From an uncultured delta proteobacterium (GTDB lineage Bacteria > Myxococcota > Myxococcia > Myxococcales > Myxococcaceae), in the NCBI GenBank assembly GCA_963713045.1, contig CAVQKE010000004.1, forward strand, positions 832,001-896,000: 64,000 nucleotides of DNA, in the 5' to 3' direction. Shown here piece after piece: positions 8,743 through 18,438 of the stretch. Numbering within the stretch: position 1 is the stretch's first letter; every line of letters begins with the position of its first letter. The notes beneath the pieces are model-generated. The model searched no databases. It saw only the letters and a program-made list of their open reading frames with translations, and was not told the origin of the DNA. A program made the translations under genes and the position numbers.

Positions 8743-11130
8743 ATGCGCGCCGCCGAAGGCGAAGGCTCCTCCGACGGGGGCCCCGCTCCCTCGACCCCCG
8801 GCCGGGAGCCTTTCCGTGTCTCAAAGTCCGTGGCTCGGCGGGTGAAGCTCGCCGATAAGACAGCGGACGTCCTTATCCGCTTGGGCGGTACCCTCGTCAT
8901 TCTGGCCATCGCGCTCATCTTTGTCTTCATTCTTCGCGAAGTCCTCCCCCTCTTCTATGCCGCGACGGTCGGGGAGCCGCAGGTCCATCGCGCACTGAGT
9001 GCAAGTGAAGGAGGCGCGCCCCTGGCGGCCGGTACTGACGAATTCGAGTCTTTCGTCTACATGGCCAGGGCCGATAGCTCTGTGGAGTTGCGGACGCTGC
9101 CTGCCTGGGAGGGGATTCCGGCGCTCCGCAGCACCTACCTAGGCAGTCGTCACGTCAACACAGCTTATCTCGGGCCCAGCCGGGGATTGCTATTGCTGGG
9201 CACCGACGACGGGCACGTCGGACTGGTCCAAGTCACGTTCGACGAGGCGTTCACCAGCGACGGCAAGCGTACCATCAAACCGGGGTTGAAAGACCTAGCG
9301 CTGGTGCAGCTTCCAGGCTCATCGAAGGCGGTCCAGCGGCTGTTCGGCCGCTGGAACATCAATGGAGGGGTGGCCTTCGTCGCGGAGACGGGCGAAGGCA
9401 ATCTCGTCGTCGCGACCGTCACTTCTAGCGGCTTCGAGAAGGCGGAAGACTCCGCCGGGCTGCTGTCGTCGCCGGAGGGCGCGGACATTACAGACGGACC
9501 CTTCCAGATTCAAACGTTGAAAACCGCGTTGGATGCACCCACCGTTGCAATGGCCATGGACTCGGATGCAAACCTGCTGCTGGTCGCAACTGCAGCAGGG
9601 ACACTCTACCAATGGCAGCTGACGGCAGACGCCTCGAAGCCGTTCGCCATTTACACAAGCCCGGGAAAGTTGGCGTCGGAGTTTGGGGTACGACCCGCCG
9701 GCCCCCGGGATGACACTCGGCGCATCACGGCGCTGGAAATACTTATTGGGGACCAGTCGGTCATTGTCGGCTACGACGATGGAGCTCTTGAGGACTGGCT
9801 TGGTGTCCGTCAGTCGGAAAGCGACGTCCTGAAGAAGATTCGGCCAGTACGGATCTTCGACAGCCTCCCCGCTCGCGTAACGGCGTTGCGGCCGTCTGAC
9901 CGCAACAAGACCTTCCTGGCGGCGTCGAGCGATGGAACCGCCGAGCTCGCTTACAGTACTTCTGGCCGAAGGCTTGCGAGCTACCGGATTGGCGGGTACC
10001 CGGTCGACCTTGGGTACAGCCCGAAGCTGACAAGCGTCCTTGCCGTCACCCGCGAAGGCGACGTTGACTATCGCACGCTTTCTGACCCCCATCCGGATAT
10101 CTCGCTTGGCATGCTGTTCGGGAAGGTCTGGTACGAGGGCTACGACCGTCCCGAATACATCTGGCAGTCGTCGAGCGGCAGCGATGCCTTTGAGCCGAAG
10201 TTCAGTCTCGTCCCCCTCATCATCGGCACGCTGAAAGGTGCCTTTTACGGTCTGCTCTTCGCAATCCCAATCGCTCTCTTCGCTGCTCTGTACACCTCCC
10301 AGTTTCTTTCTGCCTCGCTCCGCGCAGTCTTCAAGCCGATTATTGAAGTGATGGCTGCTCTCCCAAGTGTTGTCATCGGCTTCCTTGCCGGGTTGTGGTT
10401 AGCGCCGATTCTTGAAGACAAGCTCCCCGCGTTGATGTTTCTCGGACTTCTCGTGCCAGTCGTGATTCTGGCTATGACCGCTGTATGGAGAATCGTCCCG
10501 AAGGCGCTCAAAGCTTGGCTCCCCGAAGGGCGCGAGGTATTCGTCCTGATTCCACTGGTTGTCCTCTGCCTCTGGGCGAGCCTCGCCATCGGGCCATCCA
10601 TCGACAGAGCCCTGTTCGGTGGCGACATCCGACAATGGATTTTCAACACCTTCCAGGTCCGGGTCGAACAGCGCAATAGCATCGTGGTCGGTATCGCCAT
10701 GGGCTTCGCAGTCATCCCGATGATTTTCACCATCGCCGATGATGCGTTCTCGAACGTTCCGAAAAGCTTTACTTCTGCATCGCTCGCGCTAGGGGCGAGC
10801 CGCTGGCAAACAGCGCTGAGAGTCATCGCGCCCACCGCGAGCCCAGGCGTCTTCTCGGCAGTCATGATTGGCTTCGGTCGGGCCGTCGGCGAGACAATGA
10901 TTGTTCTGATGGCTACTGGGAACACACCCGTGCTGAGTTTCAGTCCCTTCAACGGCATGCGGACGCTGTCTGCGAACATCGCCGTCGAAATCCCTGAAGC
11001 CCCATTGAACGAGACTCACTACCGCGTTCTCTTCCTGGCCGCGTTGTTGCTTTTCATCCTCACGTTCGTGGTCAATACCGCAGCCGAGGTCGTCCGCCAG
11101 CGCCTACGCGAGAAGTACCAAGCCGTCTAG
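8743..11130 (+). CDS. pstC: Phosphate ABC permease PstC, long form with inserted beta-propeller-like soluble domain
   Basis: N-terminal TM, about 400 aa beta-rich insert, KVWYEGY..PEYIWQSS, MAALPSVVIGF, SLALGASRWQT, FGRAVGETMIVLMATGN. Start uncertain (8701-8743). Confidence 0.9.
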   Translation: MRAAEGEGSSDGGPAPSTPGREPFRVSKSVARRVKLADKTADVLIRLGGTLVILAIALIFVFILREVLPLFYAATVGEPQVHRALSASEGGAPLAAGTDEFESFVYMARADSSVELRTLPAWEGIPALRSTYLGSRHVNTAYLGPSRGLLLLGTDDGHVGLVQVTFDEAFTSDGKRTIKPGLKDLALVQLPGSSKAVQRLFGRWNINGGVAFVAETGEGNLVVATVTSSGFEKAEDSAGLLSSPEGADITDGPFQIQTLKTALDAPTVAMAMDSDANLLLVATAAGTLYQWQLTADASKPFAIYTSPGKLASEFGVRPAGPRDDTRRITALEILIGDQSVIVGYDDGALEDWLGVRQSESDVLKKIRPVRIFDSLPARVTALRPSDRNKTFLAASSDGTAELAYSTSGRRLASYRIGGYPVDLGYSPKLTSVLAVTREGDVDYRTLSDPHPDISLGMLFGKVWYEGYDRPEYIWQSSSGSDAFEPKFSLVPLIIGTLKGAFYGLLFAIPIALFAALYTSQFLSASLRAVFKPIIEVMAALPSVVIGFLAGLWLAPILEDKLPALMFLGLLVPVVILAMTAVWRIVPKALKAWLPEGREVFVLIPLVVLCLWASLAIGPSIDRALFGGDIRQWIFNTFQVRVEQRNSIVVGIAMGFAVIPMIFTIADDAFSNVPKSFTSASLALGASRWQTALRVIAPTASPGVFSAVMIGFGRAVGETMIVLMATGNTPVLSFSPFNGMRTLSANIAVEIPEAPLNETHYRVLFLAALLLFILTFVVNTAAEVVRQRLREKYQAV

Positions 11131-11148
11131 AACAAGGGTTCCAACACC

Positions 11149-12807
11149 ATGGCTCGGAACGGGGCATCGTTCACCCGCGAGAAAGTTCCCTCCCTGGGGA
11201 AGGTCTTCCGCCGCGGCGAGCAGTGGGTGTGGTTTTCCGGCGCCGCCCTCGCCGCGGCGCTGATCCTCATCGCGGGACTCCTGCTCATCATTGTCCTTAA
11301 CGGCGCAGGGACGTTCTGGCCCCGCCCGCTCACCGAGGGCACCCGTCCGGACGGGAGCAAGACGCTCGGAGTCGTGGTGGACAATGGCATTCTTCGCGAG
11401 CAGCAGCCCGGGGGCGGCATCCGTAAGGTACCGCAGACCCAGTTCAAGGTAGGCAACCGCGACGTTTTCGGGTCGGACTTCGTCTGGTATCACGACGAGG
11501 CTCTTACCGCGCTGAACCAGCCCGCCGATGCCGTTGCAATCGAACGGACGGAGAATGGAGACTTCTACGGATTTCTCGTCGAGGTTAAAAAGCGCGACGA
11601 GGTCGTGGCGCAGGGCGAACAGGCCTGGCTCGCGGTCAACGGACGACTTCCGGAGGTCATCCAACTCCGCAAGCGCATCCGGGCGCTCGAGAAAAACGAC
11701 GTCGGCAAGCTCAATGCAGAAATCCGGCGGGCCGAATTGGCCGCTAAGCGCGCTGGAGCGCGGGCACCCGAGGAAGTTGGACGACAACAGGCGATCATCA
11801 CTGCGGCTAGGGCGAAATATGGAGAGCTGACGAACCACATCGGAGAGCTTCAGGCGGCGGCCAGCACGTGGGTGGCAGTCATGCGCACGGCCGATGGCAG
11901 AACAAAGGACATCCCGTTTGTTAACATCGTCGACATCTGGCGGCCGAACCGGATGAGTTTTTTGGCAAAACTCGGCCACTACCTGAAGCACGCATGGTGG
12001 TTCGTCTCCGAAGAGCCACGGGAGTCGAATCAGGAGGGGGGAGTTTTCCCCGCACTATTTGGCACCGTGATGATGACGCTGCTGATGACCATTGCCTGTA
12101 CACCGCTTGGCGTTGTCACTGCCCTGTACCTTCGCGAGTATGCTCGCCAAGGTCCGGTGGTGCGTATAGTTCGCATCGCCGTGAATAACCTCGCTGGCGT
12201 GCCTTCCATCGTTTTCGGTGTCTTCGGGCTGGGATTTTTCATCTATTTCATCGGAGGTAGCATCGACCGACTTTTCTATCCGGAGATCTTGCCAACTCCA
12301 ACCTACGGAACAGGAGGTATCCTCTGGGCATCGTTGACCCTTGCCCTCCTTACGGTACCCGTCGTCATCGTCGCGGCAGAGGAAGCAGTTGCATCCGTCC
12401 CACGGGGCATGCGCGAGGGTTCTTTGGCGCTTGGGGCCTCAAAGTTTCAAACCATCACACGGATTGTTCTCCCCGCTGCGCTGCCGGGAATTCTCACGGG
12501 AGTCATTTTGGCGATGGCGCGCGGTGCCGGTGAAGTCGCGCCACTGATGATTACCGGCGTAGTGAAGCTCGCTCCAGAGCTCCCCTTCGATGGGGTCTTT
12601 CCCTATTTTCATTTGGACCGTAAATTCATGCATCTTGGCTTCCACATCTACGACGTTGGCTTCCAATCGCCAAACGTTGAGGCCTCGAAGCCGATGGTCT
12701 TTACGACCGCCCTGCTTCTGATTGTGATTGTCGTGCTGCTTAACCTTGCAGCCATCCATCTGCGTAACCGAATCCGGCGGAAGTATCAGACGGGAGCCTT
12801 TTCTTGA
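11149..12807 (+). CDS. pstA: Phosphate ABC permease PstA, long form
   Basis: [56 protein letters not shown]. Confidence 0.93.
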   Translation: MARNGASFTREKVPSLGKVFRRGEQWVWFSGAALAAALILIAGLLLIIVLNGAGTFWPRPLTEGTRPDGSKTLGVVVDNGILREQQPGGGIRKVPQTQFKVGNRDVFGSDFVWYHDEALTALNQPADAVAIERTENGDFYGFLVEVKKRDEVVAQGEQAWLAVNGRLPEVIQLRKRIRALEKNDVGKLNAEIRRAELAAKRAGARAPEEVGRQQAIITAARAKYGELTNHIGELQAAASTWVAVMRTADGRTKDIPFVNIVDIWRPNRMSFLAKLGHYLKHAWWFVSEEPRESNQEGGVFPALFGTVMMTLLMTIACTPLGVVTALYLREYARQGPVVRIVRIAVNNLAGVPSIVFGVFGLGFFIYFIGGSIDRLFYPEILPTPTYGTGGILWASLTLALLTVPVVIVAAEEAVASVPRGMREGSLALGASKFQTITRIVLPAALPGILTGVILAMARGAGEVAPLMITGVVKLAPELPFDGVFPYFHLDRKFMHLGFHIYDVGFQSPNVEASKPMVFTTALLLIVIVVLLNLAAIHLRNRIRRKYQTGAFS

Positions 12808-13688
12808 AACAGGACGGCGCCCCTGCTGTGGAAGACCAGCTCAAAAAACGGACGGCTCAGCCTGGTGACGAGTCGCTGCTCTCCCGCGCACCAACGATCA
12901 CCAGTGGGCTAGCCAACAAAGAGCGCGTCGACTTCGTCCCGAAAATCAAGGTCCAAGACCTTTCGCTCTTTTATGGCAGTGCGCAGGCACTCTACGGCGT
13001 TTCGCTCGTCATTCCAAAGAAGCAGGTAACGGCATTCATTGGACCTTCTGGCTGCGGGAAAAGCACGCTTCTCCGCTGCATCAACCGAATGAACGACCTC
13101 ATCGGAGGCGTTCGAATCACCGGGAAGCTGCTCATCGACGAACAGGACGTCAATGAGCCGCATCTCGACGTCATCGAGCTCCGAAAGCACGTCGGGATGG
13201 TGTTTCAGAAGTCGAACCCCTTTCCGAAGTCCATCTACGAGAACGTCGCGTACGGGCTGCGAATCGCAGGGATGAACGACAAGAAGGTTCTCGATGACGT
13301 CGTCGAGCGAAGCCTGAGACGCGCGGCCCTCTGGGACGAGGCGAAGGACCGGCTCGACGCGAGCGCTCTCGGTTTATCGGGGGGCCAGCAGCAGCGACTG
13401 AGCATCGCTCGCGCAATCGCCGTCGACCCGGAAGTCATTTTGATGGACGAGCCGTGTTCCGCGCTCGACCCCATAGCCACGGCGAAGATTGAAGAGCTCA
13501 TCGCCGAACTCAAGAGCTCCTTCACCATCGTCGTCGTGACACACAACATGCAGCAGGCGGCCCGCGTTTCGGACCGGACTGCCTTCTTCTACCTGGGTCG
13601 TCTCATCGAATACGCGGACACAGTGACCATCTTTACGAATCCACAGGTCAACCAAACTGAGGAATACATCACCGGTCGTTTCGGATGA
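12804..13688 (+). CDS. pstB: Phosphate ABC ATPase PstB
   Basis: [51 protein letters not shown]. Confidence 0.96.
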   Translation: MKQDGAPAVEDQLKKRTAQPGDESLLSRAPTITSGLANKERVDFVPKIKVQDLSLFYGSAQALYGVSLVIPKKQVTAFIGPSGCGKSTLLRCINRMNDLIGGVRITGKLLIDEQDVNEPHLDVIELRKHVGMVFQKSNPFPKSIYENVAYGLRIAGMNDKKVLDDVVERSLRRAALWDEAKDRLDASALGLSGGQQQRLSIARAIAVDPEVILMDEPCSALDPIATAKIEELIAELKSSFTIVVVTHNMQQAARVSDRTAFFYLGRLIEYADTVTIFTNPQVNQTEEYITGRFG

Positions 13689-14416
13689 TTCGAGGGTTAT
13701 CAGCCATGCCTTCAGAGAAGTCGGAGCCGGTCCTCGAGCACACAGACAAGGCCTTCGAGGCGGACCTTCGCGAAGTCCGCGAAAAACTGCTCGGCATGGG
13801 GGACAAGGTCGAGCAACAAATCGCCAAAAGCATGCGGGCGCTTACCGAGCGGGACTCGCAGCTTGCGGAGCAAGTGATAGACGGCGACCAGGAGATTAAC
13901 TGCCTCGAGGTCGACATCGACAATCTTTGTCGCCGTACGCTGGCGCTTCGGCAGCCGGAGGCGAGCGATTTGCGGTTAATCACCACGGCGCTAAAAATCG
14001 TCACTGACCTGGAGAGAATCGGCGATGAGGCTGTGAATATCGCAGAGCGGGCCTTCGAGTTGAATCAGTCGCCAGCTTTGGCACCCTACGTTGACTTGCC
14101 GAGACTCTCAGATTTGGCGCAAGAGCAGGTGAGGAGGGCTCTCGACGCGTTCTTGCGGCAGGACACACAGGCGGCGGAGCAAGTCCTTCAGAACGACGAC
14201 CAGCTCGACGACCTCTTCGTGAAAATTTTTAACGAACTCCTCAACTTCATGATGGAGGATTCTCGCACCATCCGGCGGGCGACTGCGCTTGTGTCCATCT
14301 GTAAGTACCTTGAGCGCATGGGTGACCACGCGATGAATGTCGCCGAGATGGTCATCTACATGGTCCGCGGAACGGACGTGCGGCATCCGAAGAGCCGCAC
14401 GGCGATGCAGCCCTAG
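13685..14416 (+). CDS. phoU: Phosphate signalling protein PhoU
   Basis: [35 protein letters not shown]. Start may be ATG 13706. Confidence 0.95.
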   Translation: MIRGLSAMPSEKSEPVLEHTDKAFEADLREVREKLLGMGDKVEQQIAKSMRALTERDSQLAEQVIDGDQEINCLEVDIDNLCRRTLALRQPEASDLRLITTALKIVTDLERIGDEAVNIAERAFELNQSPALAPYVDLPRLSDLAQEQVRRALDAFLRQDTQAAEQVLQNDDQLDDLFVKIFNELLNFMMEDSRTIRRATALVSICKYLERMGDHAMNVAEMVIYMVRGTDVRHPKSRTAMQP

Positions 14417-14515
14417 GCGTCGAGGCCAGGTGAGGCTGCTGTCCCGCCGCATCAAGCCGTTTGCCTTGTCACGTTTCATGCATTGGGTTCGACGCCGCGA
14501 GCGATGCCGAAGGCG

Positions 14516-15601
14516 TCAGTAGAGGCCCGGAATGATGCGGTATGGCACACGGCGGCAGTACTCGGTCCAGAGCCCCCCGTACTTGGCCGCGCACCGCTTG
14601 TCATCGTCTGCCTGTCGGGGGACGAGCAGCGCGACGTAATAGGCCGGGTAGAGCCATGGCCGCGGGTCAAGCGGCCAGCCGAGCGCCAGCGTCAGCCCGA
14701 TGGCCATGAGAATTTCCCCCAGGTAGTTGATGTGCCGCGACAGGCGCCAGAAGCCGCTGCAGAGCAGTCGATGGGACCCGTTGGAAACGGCCACCGGTGC
14801 CAAAAACCCAAGGAGCTTCGTGTCGGGGTTCGTCTTGAAGAGGAACTTCTGAAGGTTCGCCCCGCGGGAGAGCCCCCAGCCAGCGAAGAAGACCAGCGAA
14901 TCGACGACCAGGAGCGCAACCGGCGTGTGCGGATTGGGTTTGTCTGCGACCGACCAGAGTCCGATGCAATAGAAGTAGGGATAGAAGGCGATGCAGCCCC
15001 AGCCGAGCTTGAACCCGACACGTTCGGCGACGAAGTCGTAGGTGTAGAGATGGACTTCCTCGAAGAAGAGGTACTCGCAGACGAAGAAGGTGAAGAGCGC
15101 CATGTGCACGAAGACACCCGGTGAGACCTCCCCTGGGTGAGCGAGTGCTTGGTGCGCCGCGAAGGACAGCACGTTGAGTTCGAGCTGAATGGCGCCGATG
15201 AGATAGAGGTACATCTTCGCGTCGACCAACGTCTCGCCCCTTCGACTCAACCACTGCGGGTTCTCGCGGCGCCCCAAAAAGAGTTCCGCCAACAAGGGTT
15301 CCCCCGACTTGGGTGCGCCGAGGACGATACCAAAGGTAAACAGCAGGCCTAGGACGCACGCGCCGGCGAGTCCCTCCCATCGGTGCTGCCAGAAAAAGTC
15401 CCATGGAAGTACGCCGAGTCCGGCGGCACTGCCGTACAAAGCCAGAATGACCGCGAGAACGAGGAGCCCGTTGAGCCGATAGCGCAGCGGCTTCCCGTCA
15501 ATGCCGCGCACATACCCCGTCACATGGCGCGCGGGGAGCACAACGTGAAGCGCGAGGATCAGCGCATAGACAATCCAGGGCGCGAAGAATCCGGTGGTCA
15601 T
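14516..15601 (-). CDS. ERG4/ERG24-family (delta14-sterol / DHCR7-like) membrane sterol reductase
   Basis: YRLNG, LGRRENP, ERVGFKLGWG, ANLQKFLFK, signature LLCSGFWRLSRHINYLGE, DDKRCAAKYG..W.EYCRRVPYRIIP. ATG at 15601. Confidence 0.88.
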   Translation of the reverse strand: MTTGFFAPWIVYALILALHVVLPARHVTGYVRGIDGKPLRYRLNGLLVLAVILALYGSAAGLGVLPWDFFWQHRWEGLAGACVLGLLFTFGIVLGAPKSGEPLLAELFLGRRENPQWLSRRGETLVDAKMYLYLIGAIQLELNVLSFAAHQALAHPGEVSPGVFVHMALFTFFVCEYLFFEEVHLYTYDFVAERVGFKLGWGCIAFYPYFYCIGLWSVADKPNPHTPVALLVVDSLVFFAGWGLSRGANLQKFLFKTNPDTKLLGFLAPVAVSNGSHRLLCSGFWRLSRHINYLGEILMAIGLTLALGWPLDPRPWLYPAYYVALLVPRQADDDKRCAAKYGGLWTEYCRRVPYRIIPGLY

Positions 15602-15729
15602 TGATGGGCGCCCAGAGGACGGCTTTCGGTGGGAATCGAACTCGTGTCCGAGGCCTTTAAACCAATCCACCCTGCTGAGTGCCGGCGGCGGGCCCCGCAT
15701 CGGGCGAGGAGCCCTCGTAGCTCAAAAAA

Positions 15730-15749
15730 TGCTACCTATGCTGCTACCT
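15730..15749. repeat. Tandem TGCTACCT direct repeat, putative tyrosine-integrase arm-type sites
   Basis: TGCTACCT at 15730-15737 and 15742-15749, 5 nt beyond the tRNA 3' end. Confidence 0.5.
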
Positions 15750-15754
15750 TTGAG

Positions 15755-15826
15755 TGGGCGCACCAGGTTTCGAACCTGGGACCCCTGCCGTGTGAAGGCA
15801 GTGCTCTACCGCTGAGCTATGCGCCC
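15755..15826 (-). tRNA. tRNA-Val (anticodon CAC)
   Basis: Reverse complement GGGCGCATAGCTCAGCGGTAGAGCACTGCCTTCACACGGCAGGGGTCCCAGGTTCGAAACCTGGTGCGCCCA folds as a cloverleaf with anticodon loop TT-CAC-AC. CCA not encoded. TTGACA on the minus strand at 15875-15880 upstream. Confidence 0.97.
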
Positions 15827-15876
15827 CTGCTGCAGCTGCGCCGGGGCCGAATGAGTGCCAAACCCCTCTCTCTATG

Positions 15877-16161
15877 TCAATCCCGTTTCAGCATTGCGCT
15901 CGAGAGACGCTCATCGAGCTCACGCACTCGGCGCTTGAGTCCGGAAAGAGATTTCCCGAGCGCTTTGAAATCGCTCTTCGATGCAAGCTGTAAGGCGCGC
16001 ATCAATTCCTGTTGAGTGCGGTCGAGCGCCCGCTTTCCGCGCTGCACCGTCCCGAGCGCTTCGGCGACCACCCGCGCTCGCTCTGCGTCAGCTTGGAGAA
16101 ATTCTATTGTCCGACGAGAGACGTTGAAGGCCTCGTCGTGTAGCTTCTTTCTCATCCCCAT
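15877..16161 (-). CDS. stkC: Small coiled-coil protein, StkC-like (PhaE/phasin-like)
   Basis: About 94 aa helical protein, third gene after an Hsp70 and an SCP2 gene, matching my recollection of the Myxococcus stkABC order. Confidence 0.6.
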   Translation of the reverse strand: MGMRKKLHDEAFNVSRRTIEFLQADAERARVVAEALGTVQRGKRALDRTQQELMRALQLASKSDFKALGKSLSGLKRRVRELDERLSSAMLKRD

Positions 16162-16288
16162 CGGTCCGCCTCCTTCGAGGGGCCACCGGTTGTACTGCAT
16201 CCTTGGGCCTTGGGGCGGGCTGCGCCCTTCTCACACCGCGTGGAAGGAGCCCACCCCCGGGGCGACTCGCAAGCCACCACCGGAGCAA

Positions 16289-16714
16289 TTACAACTCGTC
16301 CACGAAGCGCGTTTTGATACGTCCCAACACCCGTTCGGCGAGCCCCTTGTGCTGCATGCGCTCGACCAACGGCTGGAGGTCTCCCTCCACGTGGACGCGG
16401 CGCCGAAGCACTGCTTCGACTGGGTCAAGCGTCCCAAGCAGAAAGCCCTTCCAGACGCTGTACGGCGCCTGGATTCGGTAGGCCGGCTCAAATTCGTCCA
16501 AATCATCTGGGTCGACGAGGACTGTCCATTTCCTAATTCTGCCGTCGACCGGCTGAAAGTAGACGACGAAAGGTCGGTCCAATTTCCCCGCTTCGGCCTC
16601 AACCACCACACCAATGTCCGCGTTCCAACCGAAGCCCGCCCGGACAGTTTCAGGGTCTGCCTCCAGCACGCGGAGCGCCTCCTCGCACCACGTTCGTGAA
16701 GGAAAGTCAGGCAT
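16289..16714 (-). CDS. stkB: SCP2 sterol-carrier-like protein, StkB-like
   Basis: 141 aa; FPSRTW N-terminus, APYSVWKGFLLGTLDPVEAVLRRRVHVEGD (SCP2 pattern); follows the Hsp70 gene. Confidence 0.7.
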   Translation of the reverse strand: MPDFPSRTWCEEALRVLEADPETVRAGFGWNADIGVVVEAEAGKLDRPFVVYFQPVDGRIRKWTVLVDPDDLDEFEPAYRIQAPYSVWKGFLLGTLDPVEAVLRRRVHVEGDLQPLVERMQHKGLAERVLGRIKTRFVDEL

Positions 16715-16732
16715 GCCGCGACAGGGAACCCT

Positions 16733-18343
16733 TCAATTCCGGCCGAAAATGCGGCGCAATCCAGACATCAAGCCCGCCCGTGGCTCATCGACAGCTGTCG
16801 CAGCGACCGTCATCCGGCGCTGGCGCTCCTCAGCCAGGGCCCGCTTCAAGGTGTCCGGGGTATCCCGGGTGGCCAGCGCCACGTGGCGCGGACCGGTGTC
16901 GAGGTCGATGACCACTTCCAGCAGGCACTCTTCGTTGAGGCGGAAGTCGATTCGTCGGCCGGCGGCAGAGGCCGGCACCTTCACCGTCCCAAGGTATTCG
17001 TTGTCGACGATGAATTCGCTGTCGCCCTGGAAAATGTCCAATTCAATGGTCGGAGAAGGCTCCTTGGGGCCAGGTAAACGAAAGCTGGTCGTCAGCGGAA
17101 TAATCGAGTTCTTGTCGATGATTTTCCGGAAGCGGCCATTGGGCAGGGCAAAACCAATCGGCATCGACAGAACGTCGAGCAGCGTCACCGCGTCGATGGT
17201 GCCCAGAGAGTCGCCAAGGAGGGCCGCGCCCAACGCGACGCACTCGTCCGGGTGGACGCCCTTGCGGGCCGGCTTGCCGAAGTGACGGCCAATCTCCTGC
17301 TGCACCAGGGGCATTCGACTCTGGCCCCCGACCAGGATGACCTCGTCGATGGTCGAGCGCTCGATGCCCTTCTCTTCCAGCACCCGGTCGCAGATGGCGA
17401 ACGTTCGATCCACCAAGTCCCGGGTCAGCGCATTGAGCTGCTCGCGGGTGAGCGGCACCCGTAGGTCAACCGGCTTGCCTTTACGCTCCTCGATGAACGG
17501 TAACTCAATGACGACGTTGGGAATGAGCGTCAGGTCAATCTTAGCCGCCTCGGCCGCATTTTTGAGCCGCTGCATCGCAATGGGACTCTGGCTGAGGTCC
17601 ACCTTGGTTTCGCGCTGAAACGCCGCGAGCACGTAGTCGATGATGCGATTGTCGAAGTCCACGCCGCCGAGAAAGGTGTCGCCCCCGGTCGCCAGCACCT
17701 CGAAAACATTCCCGGTCACTTGGAGGACGGAAACGTCGAAGGTGCCGCCGCCCAAGTCATAGACGAGGATGTTCTGATCGAGACCTCGGTTGAATCCATA
17801 GGCGAGCGCCGCGGCGGTTGGCTCGTTGACGATGCGCTTCACGTCGAAGCCCGCCAGCAGTCCTGCTTCCTTGACGGCTTGGCGCTGATGGTCGTTGTAG
17901 TAGGCCGGGACCGAGATGACGGCCTCGGCGACAGCCCCTCCGAGAAACTGCTCGGCGATCCGCTTGGCGTGGGCGAGCACGAAGCTACTAATTTGCGGAA
18001 GCGAATAGGTCGTCCCGCCGAGGTTGACCGCGGCGTCGCCCTTGGGCCCCTCGAGAATCTCGTAGGTGAAGTAGCCTTTGATTTCTTGAACGACGCGCGA
18101 GTTGTACTGGCGCCCAATCAGGCGTTTGGCGCCATAGATGGTATTCGTCGGGTTGACGACCATCTGGTCCTTGGCCACGTTGCCGACCAGCAAGTCGCCC
18201 TTGGCGGAAACTGCGACGACCGAGGGGAGGATGAGGTTGCCGCGGTCCGTCGGGACGACCTTGGGAATTCGGTTCCTCACCGACGCCACGCAGGTGTTGG
18301 TGGTGCCGAGGTCGATACCGACGATGCGTGCTTTTTCGGCCAT
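16733..18343 (-). CDS. stkA: Hsp70/DnaK-like protein lacking the C-terminal lid, StkA-like
   Basis: [48 protein letters not shown]; only about 536 aa. ATG at 18343. Confidence 0.8.
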   Translation of the reverse strand: MAEKARIVGIDLGTTNTCVASVRNRIPKVVPTDRGNLILPSVVAVSAKGDLLVGNVAKDQMVVNPTNTIYGAKRLIGRQYNSRVVQEIKGYFTYEILEGPKGDAAVNLGGTTYSLPQISSFVLAHAKRIAEQFLGGAVAEAVISVPAYYNDHQRQAVKEAGLLAGFDVKRIVNEPTAAALAYGFNRGLDQNILVYDLGGGTFDVSVLQVTGNVFEVLATGGDTFLGGVDFDNRIIDYVLAAFQRETKVDLSQSPIAMQRLKNAAEAAKIDLTLIPNVVIELPFIEERKGKPVDLRVPLTREQLNALTRDLVDRTFAICDRVLEEKGIERSTIDEVILVGGQSRMPLVQQEIGRHFGKPARKGVHPDECVALGAALLGDSLGTIDAVTLLDVLSMPIGFALPNGRFRKIIDKNSIIPLTTSFRLPGPKEPSPTIELDIFQGDSEFIVDNEYLGTVKVPASAAGRRIDFRLNEECLLEVVIDLDTGPRHVALATRDTPDTLKRALAEERQRRMTVAATAVDEPRAGLMSGLRRIFGRN

Positions 18344-18438
18344 GGAGCGTCTGACCAGTGTAAGCCGCGGGCCGCGCCGCCACCAACGCTCGAGATTTTG
18401 ACCCGCGGCCCGCTCGGCACGACCATGGGGCGGTCCCG

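Larger units (their letters stand above)
1..15754. mobile_element. Putative tRNA-Val-anchored arsenic/phosphate genomic island (left end outside window)
   Basis: Accessory gene content, visibly lower GC than the right part, abuts a tRNA 3' end, arm-like repeats. No integrase seen within the window. Confidence 0.6.

Noticed and set aside
14516..16714. Sterol reductase close to an SCP2 sterol-carrier gene as a possible sterol operon
   Set aside because: They are separated by the tRNA and the presumed island junction, and the SCP2 gene belongs to the stk-like core locus, so proximity is probably coincidental.
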